Source: Longimicrobiales bacterium
Lineage (GTDB): Bacteria; Gemmatimonadota; Gemmatimonadetes; Longimicrobiales; Gaopeijiaceae
Direction: 5' to 3'
DNA: 64,000 bases
Assembly (NCBI GenBank): GCA_965238005.1
Contig: OZ250165.1
Location: 1,248,001 to 1,312,000 of the forward strand
Numbering within the stretch: the stretch's first letter is position 1; each line of letters opens with the position of its first letter. The notes below the pieces were generated by a model. The model did no database searches, was not told the origin of the DNA, and saw only the letters and a program-made list of their open reading frames with translations. Of this stretch, positions 39,173 through 48,953 are shown piece by piece. The translations under genes and the position numbers were made by a program.

Positions 39173-39609
39173 GCTCCATGCTAGCTAGTTTCCGAGGTGC
39201 AGCAAGAGCTTAACTCCTGGTCCGACGCGATCCTTTTCGGAGCATCGTGAGCGCGTGAACGCGGGAGTGCCGTCCAGGAGAAGGGGCGTCTCGTCGAACT
39301 TCCAACGCCGACCATCGACATGGTCCTGGCCCTCGTCCGGCAAAGAGCGCAGGTAGGGATTTCCTTGACAGACCAGTCCTCTCCCTAGGATTCCGTCCCG
39401 TCCCCCCAGAAACACGAGCGGCGCCCGCTGGGAAAGACCCTCGTGAAGGTGCTGCTAGGGCTGGTCGTAGTGATCTTCGTGGGGGGCCACGTGGCTGCTG
39501 AGGGGGGAACGGCCGTTCGATGGCTTGGCCACCCACAACTGGCCCGAAGAGCAAGGAGAGTCTCATCGGGTCCCGGTCGGAGGCCGGTGCAATAGGAGGG
39601 GTGGGATGC

Positions 39610-39711
39610 CTTCGCACGGTGCCTGCTTACGCTACGCCGCGTCGTCCCGCCTTGATCCCACGGCGCCCCGACCCTCTTGGTGGCTCGCGAACTTCGGCAA
39701 TGGAACACTAG
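39610..39711 (-). mobile_element. Partial copy of the CTAG-ended MITE
   Basis: Reverse complement matches the first ~100 nt of 47934-48119; its CTAG overlaps the stop codon of the neighbouring gene. Confidence 0.85.
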
Positions 39712-41041
39712 TTGACGCGGCTCCGCACGACGAAGAGGCCCTCGTCCCGGCTCGTGAAGACGATCACACCGCTCTCGAAGAACGGGTAGTTGCTCCAGGA
39801 GCCAAAAAAGCCCGGCTCGTCGGTCGTGGGCACGGTGTCGAAGAAGCCGACCTCCCTGGGATTGACAGGATCGGACACATCCAGGATCCGGAGTCCGCTC
39901 ACGTAGTTGGATTGGTACATGAGATGACCGCGGATGTAGAGGTTGTGGTCCGTGGAGGTCGTCACGCCGACGTGCTCCTTGACCAGGACCGGATCGTCCA
40001 GGTCCTCGATGTCAAACACCAGCGTGCGCGTGCGGGCCACGATGCCCGCCAGCTCGTCGCCCTCGTCGTCGATGAAGAAGTAGCGGTGGTCCTCGGAGAT
40101 CCAGCCTTGATGCACGTAGCCCACGTTCGGATAGACCGCCCTGGAGATCGCCAGGGGATTCTCCTTGTCCGTCACGTCTGCGATGCTGAGCGCCGTCTCA
40201 TTGGACCCCAGGCAGATCTCCCGGCCCTGGTAGTCCTCGTCGGGACCGGCGTACATGATGCACTGAGCGTCATGTGTGTACCCCGTCCCCTCGAGGCCCG
40301 TGGAGGGATCGGCGAAGCACCCTGCGAACGTCGGGTTGGCGGGGTCGTGGATGTCGATCATGTGGAGCCCACCGCCGCACGTCTCGCCTCCGGCCCGGTT
40401 GCCCACGGTGTACGCGAACCCCGACTCCTCGTTGATGACGATGTTGTGGGCGCTGGCGATGCCGCCGTAGACCGTCGTTTCTTGAAAGGTCACCGGTGGT
40501 CCCTGGATGTCCCGGAGCCGGCGAAGGTCGAATACCTGGACGCCGTGGTCCCCGGCCCCGTCGGCCACGATGAAGGCGTGATCGGCGTAGACTTTGACAT
40601 CGCGCCAGAGGCTGACGGGAGCCAGACCCGTTCTGGGGAGCTGGCCCAGGTACACCGGCCTCTCTGGATCCTCGAGGCTGATGAAGGCCATGCCGTCGGT
40701 GCGGCCCACGAGGGCGTACTCGATGCCGGTCAGGGGATCGGTCCAGCCCCACATGTCGTTCACCGTGATGTCCGGCACGCTGTCGGCCGGGACCGTTCCG
40801 GGCACGCGCCCCCGCCCAGGTCCTCCAGTGTGAGGAACGACACCAAATCCACATCGGAGCATCTGAACCCCGCGGCGAACCCGCCTTCGCATTGGACGGG
40901 TGATCCCAGGATGGGATCCGTGAGGTTGGGATCACCCGGGCCGGTCGGGTCCTTGTCGCACGCGGACAGGACTGCGATGCCTACGACGCAGGAGGCATGC
41001 AGTAGAGCCCGAGCGGCATCTATGAACTTCAGTCGAGTCAA
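39708..41041 (-). pseudogene. Choice-of-anchor B (LVIVD-repeat) lipoprotein, frameshifted near 40805-40813
   Basis: LSAC lipobox and CSDVDLVSFL in one frame; NDMWGWTD, WRDVKVY, YTHDAQC, DDEGDE and WSNYPFFESG in the next; GGAGGA SD before TTG 41041. Confidence 0.8.
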
Positions 41042-41232
41042 ATCTCCTCCGACACCTTGAATTCGGCCGGTGATGATCGAACCATCGCTGGGCGGTGCGG
41101 GTTCCCGCCAACACAATCGATGTACGCTGTCGTAGCCCGGAGGTGTCACACGGATCCTTGTCGAGCCGGGCGCAGGCCCCGGTGGGCTGACCCTCCCGGA
41201 AACGGCCGGTCGGCAGCCCCTCGCGAGACGGC

Positions 41233-41967
41233 TCAGGGCGTCTTTCCGAACGCCTCCTCCACGAACCGCCTGAGGATCGCCTCCGTCTCCGGTGTCTCGG
41301 GAGTGGCCGCCGCGAACTGCTCCATCGTCGCGTACCCCGCGAGCGGGAGGTACTCGGGGTAGTATCCGATCCGCTTGAGGAGCCCATCCCGGTCGAGCTC
41401 GGGGTGGAACTGGGTGCAGTAGATGGGCTTCCCCTCGAATCGGAATGCCTCGTTGGGGACCTGATCGCTCGAGGCCAGCAGGACGGCGCCCCTGGGAAGC
41501 TCGGTGACGATGTCCTCGTGGCCGATCTGTGCCTGAAAGCGTGGACCCAACGGTCCGAATACCGGATCGCGGCTTCCTTCGGACGTCAGCTCCAGGGTCA
41601 CGGTGCCCACCTCGGCCCGGTTGTGATCGGTAACGACCTCGCCTCCCAGCGCCCGGGCCATGGCCTGGAATCCCCAGCACGAGGCGAAGGTGGGCCTCGA
41701 GGTCTCGTACAGCTCCCGCATCGTCTCCAGAGCCGCGGGGAGCCACGGCCCTCCCTTCGCCACCGAGTAGTCTCCGCTTCCGCCCAGGAGAACCACGTCG
41801 ACCTCGTCCAGCGCCTCCCTCGACGGAACGCCGCTGAGCAGATCGAAGACGCGGATCCGCTCCGTGGGGCACCGGAGCGATCGGGAGAAGGACTGGACTT
41901 CGTGATCCCGCATGGGGTCGTCGTCATTCCGGACCTGGAGGAGCAGGAAGCGACGGTCTTGGGACAT
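41233..41967 (-). CDS. Class I glutamine amidotransferase (GMP-synthase-like)
   Basis: ASCWGFQ (Cys) and QFHPE (His-Glu) motifs. Confidence 0.9.
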   Translation of the reverse strand: MSQDRRFLLLQVRNDDDPMRDHEVQSFSRSLRCPTERIRVFDLLSGVPSREALDEVDVVLLGGSGDYSVAKGGPWLPAALETMRELYETSRPTFASCWGFQAMARALGGEVVTDHNRAEVGTVTLELTSEGSRDPVFGPLGPRFQAQIGHEDIVTELPRGAVLLASSDQVPNEAFRFEGKPIYCTQFHPELDRDGLLKRIGYYPEYLPLAGYATMEQFAAATPETPETEAILRRFVEEAFGKTP

Positions 41968-41990
41968 GCGGTTCCTTGCTCGGCGGCGAC

Positions 41991-43490
41991 TCAAGCCCCG
42001 AAGAGGGGCACCCAGATCCGCCAGAAGATCAGGACGATGCTCATTCCCGTGAAGACCGCGAGGCTCAGCCACCCGAACCAGCGATCGAAGCGGTTGGGAT
42101 AGAAGACCTCGTCGTGCTTGGGGATGATCGTCATGCAGTAGTAGAGATTCAGGTAGAAGATGACCGGAGCCACGAAGAAGGCCAGGGCCGACGCCACGAG
42201 CACCATGAAGACGGGCCGAGGAACGCCGGCGATCAGGATTACCGAGGCCACCAAGGAATACAGCATCGTGATCCTGTAGATGTTGTACTCCGAGTACCAC
42301 TTCGTCCTGTACTCGTCCGTGACATGATGCTCGTGTCCGATTCCGCTCAAGCGGGCCGTGGACCGGAAGAGGTTCCGGCAGCAAGCGCCCACGATTCGGG
42401 GCCAGCCGTCGAAGTAGTTGAACGCGGTGGAGAAGGTGGCGGCGAGGGCGCCGAAGATGAACACGATCATCATCCAGGGCCCGACGCTCTCGGTGAAGAT
42501 GGTGGCGATCTCACCCATGACGCCTCGTCCCTCCACCGCGCTGGGGTACATCCAGACTGCGGCCAGGAGCAAGAAGATGGTCGCGATCAGGAAAGATATG
42601 ACATGCCCGAAGCGGAAGTCCCAGAGCCCGATCTTGAACCAGCGCCGGCAGTACTCGCGCACGTGGGGGGACATCTTCGCTGCGTCGACGGCGAGGGCCT
42701 CCTTCGAGGACGCAAAGGGGTCGAAGCGGGGCACCAGTCCTGCCTCCTCGAGGTCGGGCCTCACCTTCGCCAGCCCGGCCTTCTTCGCCTTCCCCCACTC
42801 CGAAGCCTGCAGCGAGACGTCGATGCCGGTGGGTAGGAGTCCCAGGAAGGCGGCGATTACCAGCCACGACCCCTCGGGCGTCTCCACGATGAAAAAGTGT
42901 CCCATCTCGGACAGAGGTGCGGGCGACACGAAATAGACGGCCAAAGACGAGATCAGGAGGATGCCGGCGAGGATCTTTGTCAGAACCTCGATGACTTTGT
43001 ACTCACCTCGGAGTATGACCACCACCGAGATCAGCCCCAACCCCAGCGCGTACGCCTCCAGGGGGATGGGAAGCCCCAGGGCCACGGTGAAGACGTAGTA
43101 GGTCACGGCCGCCGCAGCGATCAGACGGCCAGCCTGTCCGATGGCGCACTGGAGAAGCGTCGTGATCATGACGTACCACAGGGGCCACTTCTTCCAGGCG
43201 GTCGCATACGCCTCCAGTAGGCTCTTGCCGGTCGCGTTCGTGAACCGGAAAGCCATCTCGAAGCCGTAGTACTTGAAGACGTAGGACACGGGGATGCACC
43301 ACAGCAAGGCGTAGGCGAAGCGGCCTCCGGCCGTGGGCGCGGTCACCAGGTGGCTGGTCCCGATCCCCGTCATCATGAGGATCAACCCGGGCCCGAAGTG
43401 GGCGATGAGGGCCCGCGGCGTCATGGAGGGGAGTTTGAGGCTCTCCAACGACTCGAGTCGTTGCTCGGATGTGGGGCTTCCTTCAGCCAC
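41991..43490 (-). CDS. Nramp-family-like divalent metal transporter
   Basis: GPGLILMMTGIGTSHLV...AGGRFAYALLW...FKY...TGKSLLEAY; multi-TM. Confidence 0.75.
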   Translation of the reverse strand: MAEGSPTSEQRLESLESLKLPSMTPRALIAHFGPGLILMMTGIGTSHLVTAPTAGGRFAYALLWCIPVSYVFKYYGFEMAFRFTNATGKSLLEAYATAWKKWPLWYVMITTLLQCAIGQAGRLIAAAAVTYYVFTVALGLPIPLEAYALGLGLISVVVILRGEYKVIEVLTKILAGILLISSLAVYFVSPAPLSEMGHFFIVETPEGSWLVIAAFLGLLPTGIDVSLQASEWGKAKKAGLAKVRPDLEEAGLVPRFDPFASSKEALAVDAAKMSPHVREYCRRWFKIGLWDFRFGHVISFLIATIFLLLAAVWMYPSAVEGRGVMGEIATIFTESVGPWMMIVFIFGALAATFSTAFNYFDGWPRIVGACCRNLFRSTARLSGIGHEHHVTDEYRTKWYSEYNIYRITMLYSLVASVILIAGVPRPVFMVLVASALAFFVAPVIFYLNLYYCMTIIPKHDEVFYPNRFDRWFGWLSLAVFTGMSIVLIFWRIWVPLFGA

Positions 43491-43694
43491 GCCGATCCTT
43501 CGTCAGGGAAAAGGATCGAGCAACGTACACGGTGGAGCCCGCCTCGACCAACCACTCGCGGGGGTAGGTCCGACTCGACCAACCCCTCGAGGGGGTGTGG
43601 CGTTGGCACCCGTCGGCGGGGGGGTGTGGCCAAAGACGCCCTTCCGACGGCGGCCACCGACGCGTTCCCGACGGCCTCCTCCTCCTCCTCGGGG

Positions 43695-43934
43695 TCAGTC
43701 CGTTCGCAGCACCGTCATGGGATCCACCCGGGAGCCTTCCCGGGCCGGGAGGTAACAGGCCGCCAGCCCCACTGCCGCGAGGATCGCTACGACCCCGACG
43801 TAGGTCGACGGCTCGCTTGCGGTAACGCCGTACAGCAAGCTCCCCAGCAGTTGCGAGGTTCCGAGGGCACCGATCAAGCCGAGCACGAGCCCGGCCGTCA
43901 CCAGGGTCATCCCCTCCGTCCACAGCTTTCGCAT
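43695..43934 (-). pseudogene. C-terminal remnant of an ADOP-like ABC permease
   Basis: EGMTLV..GLVLG...LLYGV...ACYLPAREGSRVDPMTVLRTD*. Confidence 0.8.
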
Positions 43935-44178
43935 GCTGAATTCGTCTCATCCGGCTATGGACAGGTTTGGCGGGTGCGCGAGCGCGATAGTCCGAGAGCA
44001 CTCCCGAATCCGGACCTCTGTAGGGTCTGCTGGCCCTGTAACGCCTCTCGATCGATCGACCCCACTTCTTTGACTTCGGGACCCCTTCTCGGGGCCTCCT
44101 GAGGCTCCTGAGACCTCGAAATATCGCCCTTATATTTCACTGTAAGTCAGTACTGCTCTTACAGATGAGGGGGTTTCG

Positions 44179-45819
44179 ATGGGTCCCGCAACGCTCGCAG
44201 TCACCGAGGTCTCACACGCTGCTGCCCAAGCCGACGAATGGGCGCCGGAAGCGTCCAACCCGACTGAGGCCGGAGCCAAGGCCTCAGTCGCTGGGGCAGT
44301 CGACGACGAGCTGGACGCTCTCCAAGACCTCGGCGACGAGATCGCCACCCTCGCGGCACACATCCATGCCGCCGAGCACCACTTCCTCACCCTGATCGCC
44401 GAGTTCGACCGACTCGGCGGTTGGGAGCCGGGCGGCCACCGCTCCTGCGCCCACTGGCTCGCCTTCCGCACCGGCATCGACCTCGGTGCCGCCCGCGAGA
44501 GGGTGCGAGCCGCTCGAGCCCTCAACGACCTTCCCCAGATCAGCGCGTCCATGGAACAAGGCGAGCTGCCGTTCGCAAAGGTGCGGGCGCTCACGCGCGT
44601 CGCAACGCACGAGAGCGAGGGCGATCTGCTCGAGCTAGCACACTCGAGCACGGCGGCCCAACTGGAGAGGATTGTGATGGCGTGGCGTCGGCTGAGCCGA
44701 TTCGACGAAAACGAGCTCGAGAGGATGCGGCATCGCTCGCGGTGTTTCTCTGTCTTCCCGGACGAGGACGGCATGTACGTGGTGCGCGGAAGGTTGGACG
44801 CCGAGGTGGGGGCAATGCTCATGCGGGCGATCGATGCGGCGAGCGATGCTCTGTTCCGTAAGGATACCTCGAAGGACACCTCGGAGGAAACCTCGGGGGA
44901 GATCGAGCCGAAGCAGCGGCGTGCGGACGCGGTGGGGCTCATGGCCGAGCGTGCCCTGGCGGTGGGGTTCGGCCGAACGGGCGTGGAAGCCACGCACGGA
45001 GAGGACCGTGCGGTGGGCGAGGACGGCGTGGACCGGGCCGACGACGAGGACACCGCACCCCTGAGTGGCAGCCGGGCCGAGCGCTATCAGGTGGTCCTCC
45101 ACGTAGAGGCGGCCACGCTGGAGAGCGAGCGAGAGCCGGGGCGCTCGGAGCTGGAGGACGGGACACGCGTTTCCGCGGAAACGTCCCGGAGGCTCTCGTG
45201 TGATGCGAGCGTGGTCCAACTCAGCGAGGCCCCGGACGGCTCCGTGCTCGACGTGGGACGAAAGACGCGGACGATTCCGCTGGCGCTCAGGCGTGCGCTG
45301 GAGTCCCGGGACCGGGGGTGCCGCTTCCCGGGCTGTGGGCTCCGCTTCACCGACGCCCATCACGTGAGGCACTGGGCCGACGGTGGTGAGACGAACCTGG
45401 AGAATCTGGTCCTGCTATGCCGTTTCCATCACCGATTGGTGCACGAGGAGGGGTACACGGTGCACTTCCCCCAGGGCGGACGGCCGAATTCCCCGGACCG
45501 GCGGCCGAACTTCCTAGAGGGGCAGCCGGACTCCCTAGAGGGGCGGCCGGACTCCCTAGACCGGCGGCTCTACTTCCTCGACCCGAGAATGAGGCTGCTG
45601 CCCGACGCGCCACCACCACCACCACCCCTCCCGCCGGAGCCCGTCGAGGCACTCGTGCGGCAGAACCGGCTCCGGGGCGTGGAGCCCGACTTCCTCACCA
45701 GCGCGGCCCGCTACAAGCGCGAGGACGATATCCCCTCGGTCGTATTCATGCAGGCGTTCGAGGCTTTGGACGCTGCGGCCCCGACTCAGAGCGACACGGT
45801 TCTCGCCAACTTGGAGTAG
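44179..45819 (+). CDS. DUF222 + HNH endonuclease domain protein
   Basis: SCAHWLAFRTG, RRADA, RRLSCDA, RDRGCRFPGC...DAHHVRHWADGGETNLENLVLLCRFHHRLVHE. Confidence 0.92.
   Translation: MGPATLAVTEVSHAAAQADEWAPEASNPTEAGAKASVAGAVDDELDALQDLGDEIATLAAHIHAAEHHFLTLIAEFDRLGGWEPGGHRSCAHWLAFRTGIDLGAARERVRAARALNDLPQISASMEQGELPFAKVRALTRVATHESEGDLLELAHSSTAAQLERIVMAWRRLSRFDENELERMRHRSRCFSVFPDEDGMYVVRGRLDAEVGAMLMRAIDAASDALFRKDTSKDTSEETSGEIEPKQRRADAVGLMAERALAVGFGRTGVEATHGEDRAVGEDGVDRADDEDTAPLSGSRAERYQVVLHVEAATLESEREPGRSELEDGTRVSAETSRRLSCDASVVQLSEAPDGSVLDVGRKTRTIPLALRRALESRDRGCRFPGCGLRFTDAHHVRHWADGGETNLENLVLLCRFHHRLVHEEGYTVHFPQGGRPNSPDRRPNFLEGQPDSLEGRPDSLDRRLYFLDPRMRLLPDAPPPPPPLPPEPVEALVRQNRLRGVEPDFLTSAARYKREDDIPSVVFMQAFEALDAAAPTQSDTVLANLE
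45481..45585 (+). repeat. Five degenerate 21-bp tandem repeats in the HNH gene
   Basis: Encode RPNSPDR/RPNFLEG/QPDSLEG/RPDSLDR/RLYFLDP. Confidence 0.85.
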
Positions 45820-45958
45820 CGTCGAGGACTTCTGGAGACTCAACCCGCCGCAGGGAGGGTTGCGGATCTTCAGGAGGCCTTTCGGTAGGATCGTTGATCG
45901 GCGCCTGAGCGACGAATTCGGACCGACGCCCTGATGCGGCCCAGTCGCGTGGCCGTCG

Positions 45959-47929
45959 TCAGATGACACGGACGTCCCCCCCGTCCACGGGAATCTGAGC
46001 TCCGGTGGTCTTCGCGAACAACGGCCCGGCCATGGCGCACGCCAGGGCCGCTACGTCCCGGGAGCTGACCTCGATCCCCAGAACGTTGCGCGTCTTGTAC
46101 TCATCGACACTGACGCCGTAGTGCACCGCCCGCTCCTCGAGCACATCAGGGGTCCACAGGGCGGTGTCGTACACCTTGTCGGGGTGCAGGACGTTGACTC
46201 GGATCCCTGCCCCCCCGAGCTCCAGGGCTGCTACCCTCGCCAACTGGGTGAGCCCCGCCTTCGCGACGGAGTAAGCGGCGGCACCCGGTCCGGGAGCCGG
46301 AACGTTTTTCGACGCGATCACGACCACCGCGGGGTCCGCGCCGAGGCGCAGGAAGGGTATACACGACTGCCATAACCGCTGATGGCTGGTCAGATTCACG
46401 GCCATGCTGTGGTCCCAGGTCTCGGCCCGGATTCCTTCGATGACCTCGCTCTTCGGGAAGACGCCGACGTTGTCGATGACGATGTCTAGCCCCCCGAACT
46501 GCCGTACCACGGCCCTCACGGCGTCCGCCAGCGCCCTGTCGTCCACGACGTCGCACTCGATTCCGAGCCCGATCTCGGAGTCCATCAGATCGACGATCTC
46601 GGGATTGACGTCGAGCGCGCCCACAACCGCCCCCAGGCGCTGAAGCTCGCGCGCACATGCCAACCCGATCCCGCTCGCCGCCCCGGTGACCAGGGCGATC
46701 TTGCCCGCCAGCAGAGGTGACGATCCGGATCGGGCGAGCTTGGCCTGCTCCAAGACCCAGTATTCGACCTCGAACACGTCCTTCTCCGGGAGGGCGGTCC
46801 ATCCGCCCAGAGCTTCGGCGACCTGGATCGCGCGAATCGTGTGGTCCTTGATGTCCGCCACGATGCGAGCCTCCTTGGGGCTACGTCCGAAGCAGATCGT
46901 GCCGCGACCCGGCCAGATGGCCCAGCGCGGGGCCGGGTCCAGGCAGGTCAGCCCCTCGGTCGCATTGCGCTCGAAGTACTCCCGGTAGCCCGTGGCGTAC
47001 TCCTCGACGTCCGCCGCCGGATCGTCCCCTACGACCAACGCAGTGCGCTTGGTGCGAATGACGTGATCCGGGGTCAGCGGGCCGCGCGTCGCCAGGTCGG
47101 CCACGCCCGGCAATTCCGAGAATCCGACGGACACAGGGTCCCCGTCCCAACGTGCGAGAACGGCCTCTCCCCGCGCGGCTCCGACCGACCGCCGAATCCG
47201 GGCCAACGCCTCCAGGTCCTCCGGCAGAGGCTCCGGAGACGTCTTCAGCGGACTGGTCCGAGCAGCCACATACTCCTCGGCCCGACTGACGAGCTCGATC
47301 ATCCTCTCGTACGAGCCCTTCGCGTCGTCTGCGAACGTGCATGCGCCATGATTCATCAGGATCATGCCGTCGCATTCCGACCAATCCCTGTCCCGAGTCA
47401 TCGTGTAGATCCTCCGGGCCAAGGCGAAGCCGGGCATGACGTACGGAAGCACCCACACCCGCTCGCCATAGAGGTCGCGAATGGCCTCTTCTCCGTTCGG
47501 CGTGTTGGTGACGGATACGACCGCGTCGGCATGCGTGTGATCGACGTACTCGAAAGGGATGAGCGCGTGCAGAATGGCCTCGACGGACGGGGAGGGCGCA
47601 CCTGGGTCGAGCATCGCGGCCCGCTGGGCGCGGACCATGTCCGCGTCGTCGAGCTGCTCGAGCTCCGCCATGCTCAGGAGTGCATCCAGGCGCACCGGCG
47701 CGAACCCAGGGGCTTCGATGGTCTCCAGGTCCCATCCGCTGCCCTTCACGTAGAGCACCCGATGAATATTTCCGAAGAGATCGGTTGCGGTCGTCTTGAC
47801 TGATGTGTTGCCGCCACCATGCAAAACGAGGTCAGGCTCACGACCGAGAAGGCGAGACGTGTAGACGCGAAGCTCCAGCGGGTCATCCCTGTGGGTGGCG
47901 GCCTCACGATCGCTCCACAAGCTCTTCAT
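45959..47929 (-). CDS. Bifunctional class II aldolase/short-chain dehydrogenase (rhamnulose-1-phosphate aldolase/SDR-like)
   Basis: LVLHGGGNTSVK, PSVEAILH, DHTHAD, TPDHVIRTK; TGAASGIG and YSVAK. Confidence 0.92.
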   Translation of the reverse strand: MKSLWSDREAATHRDDPLELRVYTSRLLGREPDLVLHGGGNTSVKTTATDLFGNIHRVLYVKGSGWDLETIEAPGFAPVRLDALLSMAELEQLDDADMVRAQRAAMLDPGAPSPSVEAILHALIPFEYVDHTHADAVVSVTNTPNGEEAIRDLYGERVWVLPYVMPGFALARRIYTMTRDRDWSECDGMILMNHGACTFADDAKGSYERMIELVSRAEEYVAARTSPLKTSPEPLPEDLEALARIRRSVGAARGEAVLARWDGDPVSVGFSELPGVADLATRGPLTPDHVIRTKRTALVVGDDPAADVEEYATGYREYFERNATEGLTCLDPAPRWAIWPGRGTICFGRSPKEARIVADIKDHTIRAIQVAEALGGWTALPEKDVFEVEYWVLEQAKLARSGSSPLLAGKIALVTGAASGIGLACARELQRLGAVVGALDVNPEIVDLMDSEIGLGIECDVVDDRALADAVRAVVRQFGGLDIVIDNVGVFPKSEVIEGIRAETWDHSMAVNLTSHQRLWQSCIPFLRLGADPAVVVIASKNVPAPGPGAAAYSVAKAGLTQLARVAALELGGAGIRVNVLHPDKVYDTALWTPDVLEERAVHYGVSVDEYKTRNVLGIEVSSRDVAALACAMAGPLFAKTTGAQIPVDGGDVRVI

Positions 47930-47933
47930 TTAT

Positions 47934-48119
47934 CTAGTGTTCCGTTTCCGAAGATCGCGAGCCACCAAGAGGGCCGGGGCGCCGTGGGATCAAGGCGGGA
48001 CGACGCGGCGTAGCGCAAGCGGGCACCGCGCGAAGCGTGGTCGCAAGGAGTCCCAACGCCGAGCCCACGGATGCACCGTGCCCTCGACTGGCCGAGACAC
48101 TTTGGTAACGGGACACTAG
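47934..48119. mobile_element. Complete 186-bp non-autonomous element (MITE) with CTAG termini
   Basis: IRs CTAGTGTTCCGTTTCCGAAG / CTTTGGTAACGGGACACTAG; no credible ORF; two partial copies elsewhere in the window. Confidence 0.85.
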
Positions 48120-48520
48120 CCTTCCCCGTGGAACGTCGTGAAGCCCTGCTCTTCGAAGCGCTCGTCGAAGGCGAAGGCCGTGTGGACGGAGAGTCGCCTC
48201 ATGATGTGGAAGCTCACGCAGTCCACCAGGCTCAGATCCCGACGGTTCGCCGTGAGCAGAGCCTCGGCGGCCCGTGCGTGGTCTTCCTCGTCTACCCAGT
48301 GGACGTCAAGGACGGGGGCCACATCCTGGGCGACGGCCCGGACCGCCTGGACACCCAGCCGGTTCTGCACCAGGGCGAGGGTCTCCACCAGGACGTAGTT
48401 GCTGACCAGGAGGTGATGCTCGGCCAGGAGCTCCGTCCACGTCTCCCGGGCCCGGGCATGCCATCGGTCGTCGCGATCCAAGACTGCATAGAGCCCCGAC
48501 GTGTCGACGAAGACGGTCAC
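48116..48520 (-). CDS. vapC: VapC-type PIN domain toxin
   Basis: VFVDTS, VLVET, SLVDCVSF and AFDERF acidic PIN motifs. Confidence 0.92.
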   Translation of the reverse strand: MTVFVDTSGLYAVLDRDDRWHARARETWTELLAEHHLLVSNYVLVETLALVQNRLGVQAVRAVAQDVAPVLDVHWVDEEDHARAAEALLTANRRDLSLVDCVSFHIMRRLSVHTAFAFDERFEEQGFTTFHGEG

Positions 48521-48765
48521 TCCCCGAAGGCTTCCGTGAGGTGGCGGTCATGCTCGGACGCCACGTCGACGCAACCCGACGCGAACTGTCCGGCCACGGC
48601 CATGGCGCGCTGTCTCCTCTTCTCCGGAGACGGCTCCGTGGGATCGGCCATCCATCCGTCCACGGCCCTGCGCACGAGCTCGGAGACCGAGACGTCCTCC
48701 TGGGAGGCCCGTGACCTCAGGGCCGAGAGCTGATCTTCGGTGAATTGGACCTGAGTGCGTACCAT
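48517..48765 (-). CDS. Ribbon-helix-helix (CopG-like) antitoxin
   Basis: MVRTQVQFTEDQ...VSVSELVRRAVD...DVASEHDRHL; overlaps the vapC start. Confidence 0.88.
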   Translation of the reverse strand: MVRTQVQFTEDQLSALRSRASQEDVSVSELVRRAVDGWMADPTEPSPEKRRQRAMAVAGQFASGCVDVASEHDRHLTEAFGE

Positions 48766-48779
48766 CTTCGATCGTGATA

Positions 48780-48811
48780 ACATCATGATGGTAATTATAC
48801 CATCATGATGT
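48780..48811. promoter_or_regulatory. Perfect 14-bp inverted repeat; probable TA operator
   Basis: ACATCATGATGGTA-ATTA-TACCATCATGATGT immediately upstream of the antitoxin. Confidence 0.8.
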
Positions 48812-48953
48812 CCAATCTAGGAAGTCCTGAGGACCCGCGACGCTTACGGCTCTCCCGGAGATGCGCGCCGAGTGGGGGGCCGCTGTGTTGCGGGAAGGAT
48901 CGCGGGTGGGCCGAGGTGATGCCACTGGTCAACTCCGGCGAAGGGCACTCCCG

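Noticed and set aside
47934..48119. MITE as a derivative of the local IS1182
   Set aside because: Only CTAG is shared; the terminal repeats (TGTTCCGTT versus GAGTCTGCG) differ
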